The translations under genes and the position numbers were made by a program. 18,203 nt of DNA, from IMG/VR virus record IMGVR_UViG_3300045988_036188; one strand, written 5' to 3'. The stretch comes from a virus. Shown in pieces: positions 14,498-18,203 of the stretch. A model generated the notes under the pieces. That model was not told the DNA's origin, did not search any database, and was given only the letters and a program-made list of their open reading frames with translations. Every line of letters begins with the position of its first letter. Position 1 is the first letter of the stretch.

Positions 14498-15519
14498 GCG
14501 ACAGTATGTATTACGATTCTCACGACATTATGACGCGCAACGCTATGTTCAATTTCGTTATCGGCGGGCGTGGCACTGGCAAGACGTATGATTTCAAGTA
14601 CAAACGAATCAGGCATTTCATAAAGACTGGTAAGCAGTTCATATACTTGCGCAGATACAAGTCGGAGTTCGATGACAAGCAGGAGTTCTTTCAGGATATT
14701 GTTGACCGCTTTCCATCGTGGGAGTTCAAAGTTGAGGGAATGAAAGGGTACATCAGAAAGGTTGCAATAGGTGATGAAAAGCCAGAGAAATGGCGCGTGC
14801 TATGTTTCTTCATCACGTTGGCAAACGCACTGACCAAAAAGTCCGTACCCTATCCCGACGTTGATATGATAGGATTTGACGAGTTCATCATTGACAAGGG
14901 TTCGCTGCATTACTTGCAAAACGAGTTGAAGCAGTTCCAAGACTTCTACAACACGGTTGACCGATTTCAGGACAGGGTTAAGGTTATGTTCATGGCTAAC
15001 GCCGTGGCGCTCACCAATCCGTACTTCATCGGATGGAGGTTGAAGCCGAGGAAGGGAAAGCGCTTTCTCATGGCGCACAAAGGGTACATGTGTGTAGAGA
15101 TTGTGCAGAGCGAGCGGTTCAGGGCGCACGTGGACACGACAAGATTCGGTCAGATGATACGTGGAACGTCATATTACGATTACGCAGTGGGAAACATGTT
15201 CTACGATGACAATGACAAGTTCATCGCCAAGAAGTCGGAGGAAGCGCGATTCTACTTCGCGTTGCGGTTCGACAACAGGACGGTCGGTGTTTGGGTGGAC
15301 TACACGGAGGGTGTTTACTACGTGTCGCGCAGGTACCCGAAAGATGCGCTGGTTTACGTCTTGACAAAATCGGATATGCAGCCTAACCTGCTTATGATAG
15401 AGAAGTCTAGCGTGGTGTTGCGGAGCGTGCGCAAGCTGTACATGCAGGGAAGCGTGTTCTTCGACACTATCGAGACGCGAGAGTTCTTCAACAACGTGTT
15501 CGACTATCTGGGATTTTAG
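14494..15519 (+). CDS. DNA packaging ATPase (phi29 gp16-like encapsidation protein), 341 aa
   Basis: Walker A FNFVIGGRGTGKTY. The gp16-like stretch FIKTGKQFIYLRRYKSEFDD and a Walker B-like MIGFDEFI are present. SD reads tGGGAGGTGAgacggtacctATG, with ATGA overlapping the upstream stop. Confidence 0.9.
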   Translation: MSDSMYYDSHDIMTRNAMFNFVIGGRGTGKTYDFKYKRIRHFIKTGKQFIYLRRYKSEFDDKQEFFQDIVDRFPSWEFKVEGMKGYIRKVAIGDEKPEKWRVLCFFITLANALTKKSVPYPDVDMIGFDEFIIDKGSLHYLQNELKQFQDFYNTVDRFQDRVKVMFMANAVALTNPYFIGWRLKPRKGKRFLMAHKGYMCVEIVQSERFRAHVDTTRFGQMIRGTSYYDYAVGNMFYDDNDKFIAKKSEEARFYFALRFDNRTVGVWVDYTEGVYYVSRRYPKDALVYVLTKSDMQPNLLMIEKSSVVLRSVRKLYMQGSVFFDTIETREFFNNVFDYLGF

Positions 15520-15532
15520 GAAGGAGGTTGAA

Positions 15533-15715
15533 ATGGACACTGCTACGTTCGATATGGTGATCACGGCTATCGGCAGCGTGGGGTTCCCTATCGTGGCTTG
15601 CTGCTTCATGGGGTGGCTTTACGTCAAGATGAACGACACGCTGAAAGACCTCACGCTTGCCATTACCGCGCTCACCACGAAGTTCGATGACCATGTGGAC
15701 AAGATGGAGGGTTAG
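15533..15715 (+). CDS. Holin candidate (60 aa, single TMD)
   Basis: Perfect SD ttaGGAAGGAGGttgaaATG. The TMD reads MVITAIGSVGFPIVACCFMGWLYV. It lies immediately upstream of the endolysin. Confidence 0.65.
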   Translation: MDTATFDMVITAIGSVGFPIVACCFMGWLYVKMNDTLKDLTLAITALTTKFDDHVDKMEG

Positions 15716-15716
15716 A

Positions 15717-16664
15717 ATGATCGGCACTTTTATGAAGCGTCTTAGAATCAGCGCAATCACGGCGCTTGCCGTGTTCGCTATGCTGGTCGGCACAGCCGCG
15801 CCCGCATACGCATGGACGGAACATGACAACTTCATCGCAGACGGTCACGGCTGGTTCCAACCGCAGAACCTTGTAGTGCATTCCACGGCGAACGAGGGAG
15901 CGACCGCATGGAATCACGTCCAATACTGGCAGCGAATGGGCAACGACACGCCTATGGCGCAATGGGTTGCTGACTGGACTGACGGCGGCACGGTGTACCA
16001 GACCATGAGCGGGAACGCCGTTGCGTGGCACGTTGGCAACGGAAACTGGTACAGCGTCGGCATCGAGATTTGCGAAGCCACCAACCAGCACGACTTCGAG
16101 GTTGGATTCGACACGGCGGCGCAATGGTGCGCCGTGTACCTCAACCAGCAGGGTTGGGGCATCGACCGAATGGTTTCCCACAACGAAGCGCGTTACGTGT
16201 GGGGCGGCACAGACCACGTTGACCCTATTCCGTACTTCGCAAAGTGGGGCAAGACTTGGGGCGATTTCGAGAACCTTGTTCAGTATTACCTCGACAACCC
16301 GTCTGCTATGACCTATGACGATGGCGAGGGTTCCGCGCCCGATACGCCAGAAGCGCCTGTTCCTGACAGCATCGAGGAAGCCGCATACGGTGTGTTGCAG
16401 GGATGGTACGGAAACCAGCCAGAGCGACAGTACAATCTTGAAGCTGCTGGTTATGACTATCAGACCGTGCAGGACTACGTGAACCGTGTGTATTACGGCA
16501 TCGGCGGCGGTTCAACTGGTTCCGATTGGATTGCCGACGTTGCATACGACGTGTACCTTGGCAACTACGGAAACGGTCAGGACAGGTACGACCGCCTTAC
16601 GGCTGCTGGTTATGACTATCAGACCGTGCAGGACTACGTGAACCGTGTGTATTACGGCATCTAG
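15717..16664 (+). CDS. Endolysin: N-terminal signal peptide, N-acetylmuramoyl-L-alanine amidase (Amidase_2/PGRP-like), two C-terminal CW_7 cell-wall-binding repeats (315 aa)
   Basis: SD reads aagatGGAGGGttagaATG. The N-terminus MIGTFMKRLRISAITALAVFAMLVGTAAPAYA|WTEHD has an AxA signal-peptidase site. Amidase_2-like features are …LVVHSTA…AWHVGNGNWYSVGIEICE…SHNEARYVWGGTDHVDP. Two GxYGN…R…L.AAGYDYQTVQDYVNRVYYGI repeats match the Cpl-7-type CW_7 motif. Confidence 0.85.
   Translation: MIGTFMKRLRISAITALAVFAMLVGTAAPAYAWTEHDNFIADGHGWFQPQNLVVHSTANEGATAWNHVQYWQRMGNDTPMAQWVADWTDGGTVYQTMSGNAVAWHVGNGNWYSVGIEICEATNQHDFEVGFDTAAQWCAVYLNQQGWGIDRMVSHNEARYVWGGTDHVDPIPYFAKWGKTWGDFENLVQYYLDNPSAMTYDDGEGSAPDTPEAPVPDSIEEAAYGVLQGWYGNQPERQYNLEAAGYDYQTVQDYVNRVYYGIGGGSTGSDWIADVAYDVYLGNYGNGQDRYDRLTAAGYDYQTVQDYVNRVYYGI
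16443..16502 (+). repeat. 60-bp perfect direct repeat, copy 1 (second copy at 16602..16661), encoding the core of the two CW_7 repeats
   Basis: gctgctggttatgactatcagaccgtgcaggactacgtgaaccgtgtgtattacggcatc occurs twice and is identical at the nucleotide level. Confidence 0.9.
16602..16661 (+). repeat. 60-bp perfect direct repeat, copy 2
   Basis: Identical to 16443..16502. Confidence 0.9.
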
Positions 16665-16667
16665 CTT

Positions 16668-16697
16668 GCAGCCCTCGGAAGAGGGCTGCTTTTCTTC
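16668..16697 (+). terminator. Rho-independent terminator of the late operon (gcagccctc-ggaa-gagggctgc + ttttcttc)
   Basis: Perfect 9-bp stem with a 4-nt loop and a T-tract, starting 4 nt after the endolysin stop. Confidence 0.85.
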
Positions 16698-16726
16698 TTG
16701 ACAAGGCAAGTGGTTTTTGATACTAT
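16698..16726 (+). promoter_or_regulatory. Right-end operon promoter (TTGACA-17-TACTAT)
   Basis: Reads tCTTGACAAGgcaagtggtttttgaTACTAT. It shares the extended -35 CTTGACAAG with the promoter at 1826. Confidence 0.6.
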
Positions 16727-16762
16727 ACTATTGCAGACAAAATCGATTGAAAGGACTGTGCT

Positions 16763-17050
16763 ATGGCTAGATTGTTCTATTCCTACCGTGACGGAGAGGT
16801 GTACATTCTCCACAAGAGTTGCCCGTTGGAACTTCTCATGGACGAGCAAGCTGGTGGTAATGGGCTGCTGATTTACGCCAGCAAGGAACTGTTCGAGATT
16901 GTCGAGTACATGGACGGGGAGGAGAGCGGGTTCACCACTAGGGTGAAGCCGAAAACCAGCGAACCGTTGAGCGGAATCATGTTCGACATGGACAAGGCTG
17001 TGAGCGAGTCCTTCGAGTACGTTTCAACGGTGACGGGGAAGAAATGCTAG
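16763..17050 (+). CDS. Hypothetical protein (95 aa), acidic
   Basis: SD reads gattgAAAGGActgtgctATG. First gene after the right-end promoter. Confidence 0.6.
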   Translation: MARLFYSYRDGEVYILHKSCPLELLMDEQAGGNGLLIYASKELFEIVEYMDGEESGFTTRVKPKTSEPLSGIMFDMDKAVSESFEYVSTVTGKKC

Positions 17051-17226
17051 TCTGCATAGCCGTGATTCTGTTCGGTACCGCGCTAGTCTATTGTTCGTTG
17101 ACAAGCACGGATTGCAACACGTGTTGGAGACGTGAGCGCGAGAACATACGCGCAGCACGTGCAGGTGTGGGCATCGTCATTATCGGATGCCTGTTGGTTT
17201 GTTATCAGTTCGCGTATTGGGGGTAA
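17044..17226 (+). CDS. Small two-TMD membrane protein (60 aa)
   Basis: The start overlaps the upstream stop (ATGCTAG). Hydrophobic segments are LVCIAVILFGTALVYCSL and GVGIVIIGCLLVCYQFAYW. Confidence 0.5.
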   Translation: MLVCIAVILFGTALVYCSLTSTDCNTCWRRERENIRAARAGVGIVIIGCLLVCYQFAYWG

Positions 17227-17227
17227 G

Positions 17228-17530
17228 ATGGTTGCAGAGTTCATGGAGTTTGAGACACCGAACGAGCCACAGATGGGTACAGTGAGTTCCATTCAGGACA
17301 AGTACAACAGCATGATGCTTGATTTGAATGATGACTTGCAGGACGAGATTGGTACGCGTCGAGAACAGTTCGATTCCATTTCAAAGACTTGTGATGATTT
17401 GTACACACGAATTGGACGGGTTGATGTTGAAATGATGACAAGAACAGAAAGGAACTTAAAACTTGCGGTTATCGGTATGACGATGGGGATGATTGGAATA
17501 TGCGCAAGCGTGGCTTCTATGATTTTGTAG
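17228..17530 (+). CDS. Coiled-coil protein with C-terminal membrane anchor (100 aa)
   Basis: SD reads ttgGGGGTAAGATG. The C-terminus reads LKLAVIGMTMGMIGICASVASMIL. It is an internal start of track ORF 17132..17530. Confidence 0.5.
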   Translation: MVAEFMEFETPNEPQMGTVSSIQDKYNSMMLDLNDDLQDEIGTRREQFDSISKTCDDLYTRIGRVDVEMMTRTERNLKLAVIGMTMGMIGICASVASMIL

Positions 17531-17562
17531 AATGTGCTGATTCAAATACGAAAGGAGCATCT

Positions 17563-17748
17563 ATGCTATCTGCGCATGAGGATGTTAAGTACGAATACTG
17601 GTGCGACGGTGACCTTATTGTTTCGTTCAAAGATAAGAACAAGGCTATAAACCACTACAAGAAACGATGCAAACAAGCACCCACATCCTTGCACACAATC
17701 TTCAAAGTTGTTCCTGTACGTAAAAGCGTTGTTCAATGGGCGCCGTAG
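17563..17748 (+). CDS. Hypothetical small basic protein (61 aa)
   Basis: SD reads cgAAAGGAGcatctATG. It is an internal start of track ORF 17500..17748. Confidence 0.55.
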   Translation: MLSAHEDVKYEYWCDGDLIVSFKDKNKAINHYKKRCKQAPTSLHTIFKVVPVRKSVVQWAP

Positions 17749-17816
17749 ATGGGGTGCGTGCGGTACGAGTCCATGAAGCTCAACAACTGGTTTCGGGATA
17801 TTGTTAGGATGGGATT

Positions 17817-18065
17817 ATGATCATCACGACTAAGAATGGCGACATGGTAGATACAGTGCAGATTATCGAAGAAAACGTATATACCATAGATGATGTTAAA
17901 TACGCGGTGGAAACTGACATGTATATTGCTGCAACGGTTCAGATACGAATTTGCGATACTGGAAAGAAACAGCTGGAAGTATCAGACCCGGAAGTTGGAA
18001 AAGAAGCTCAGTACCATCTTCGACAGTTCATCAAGTACATGAAACAGTTGGGGAGGTATTACTGA
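17817..18065 (+). CDS. Hypothetical protein (82 aa), last gene before the right ITR
   Basis: SD reads gttAGGATGGGattATG. No motif recognised. Confidence 0.55.
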   Translation: MIITTKNGDMVDTVQIIEENVYTIDDVKYAVETDMYIAATVQIRICDTGKKQLEVSDPEVGKEAQYHLRQFIKYMKQLGRYY

Positions 18066-18132
18066 TGGCTGAGCCGGTTATAATCAGCGCTAGTCGCCGT
18101 CTACGGCGATAATGTTGTACTTTGTTCCCTCC

Positions 18133-18203
18133 GTTCCTCATGTACTCCCTAGCCCGTACAAGACTGCGGCGCTGGGGAGGTACATGGGAAACGGGGGGAC
18201 AGG
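18133..18203. repeat. Right inverted terminal repeat (71 bp)
   Basis: Exact reverse complement of 1..71. Confidence 0.9.

Noticed and set aside
16443-16661. Two identical 60-bp repeats, checked as a possible CRISPR array or other repeat array.
   Set aside because: There are only two copies. They are in-frame inside the endolysin gene and encode the CW_7 motif. They form no spacer–repeat architecture.
18066-18132. A TATAAT box (18079..18084) and an in-frame ATG (18112) reading into the right ITR, mirroring the left-end signal.
   Set aside because: There is no acceptable -35 and no SD before the ATG. Unlike the left end, this looks like chance open frame within the 71-bp ITR.
1-18203. Search for integrase, excisionase or CI-like repressor genes, and for tRNA or attachment sites, that would indicate a temperate element or host flanks.
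   Set aside because: None found. All ORFs fit a compact lytic, protein-primed podovirus layout, and the ITRs delimit the whole window.

Overview
The window appears to be one complete linear dsDNA phage genome of about 18.2 kb. Positions 1-71 are the exact reverse complement of 18133-18203, giving 71-bp inverted terminal repeats. A terminal-protein candidate gene (2694..3509) lies immediately upstream of a family-B DNA polymerase carrying all the protein-primed-type exonuclease and polymerase motifs (3512..5224). That combination indicates a protein-primed replicon resembling phi29 or Cp-1 podoviruses. Nearly all genes are on the + strand, and I infer the following layout. A divergent promoter region sits at 410-560. 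An early block (607..5224) holds six small ORFs of unknown function, a candidate dsDNA-binding protein with a basic N-terminal and acidic C-terminal region, an OB-fold SSB-like protein, the terminal protein and the DNA polymerase. A 55-aa ribbon-helix-helix regulator (5239..5406) sits at the early/late boundary, and its stop codon overlaps a TTGACA-17-TATGTT late promoter. The late block (5620..16664) encodes an acidic scaffold, a major capsid protein with a C-terminal Ig-like domain, a phi29 gp9-like tail knob, a gp10-like connector, a lower collar, a 200-aa structural protein, two tandem paralogous fibre genes, a tail-associated cell-wall hydrolase with an NlpC/P60-like domain, a gp16-like packaging ATPase, a holin, and a signal-peptide Amidase_2 endolysin with two CW_7 repeats. 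After a clean rho-independent terminator, a consensus promoter at the right end (16698..16726) drives five small ORFs (16763..18065), two or three of which encode membrane proteins. I found no integrase, tRNA or CRISPR array. Notable non-coding signals are a strong leftward promoter with SD and ATG at 87-145 that reads into the left ITR without a stop codon, enrichment of GTACAT/ATGTAC in the left 550 bp including an inverted pair inside the ITR, a roughly 190-nt leader upstream of the late operon, and an extended -35 (C)TTGACAA(G) shared by several promoters. All functional calls rest on motifs, remembered family features and synteny. No database search was run.
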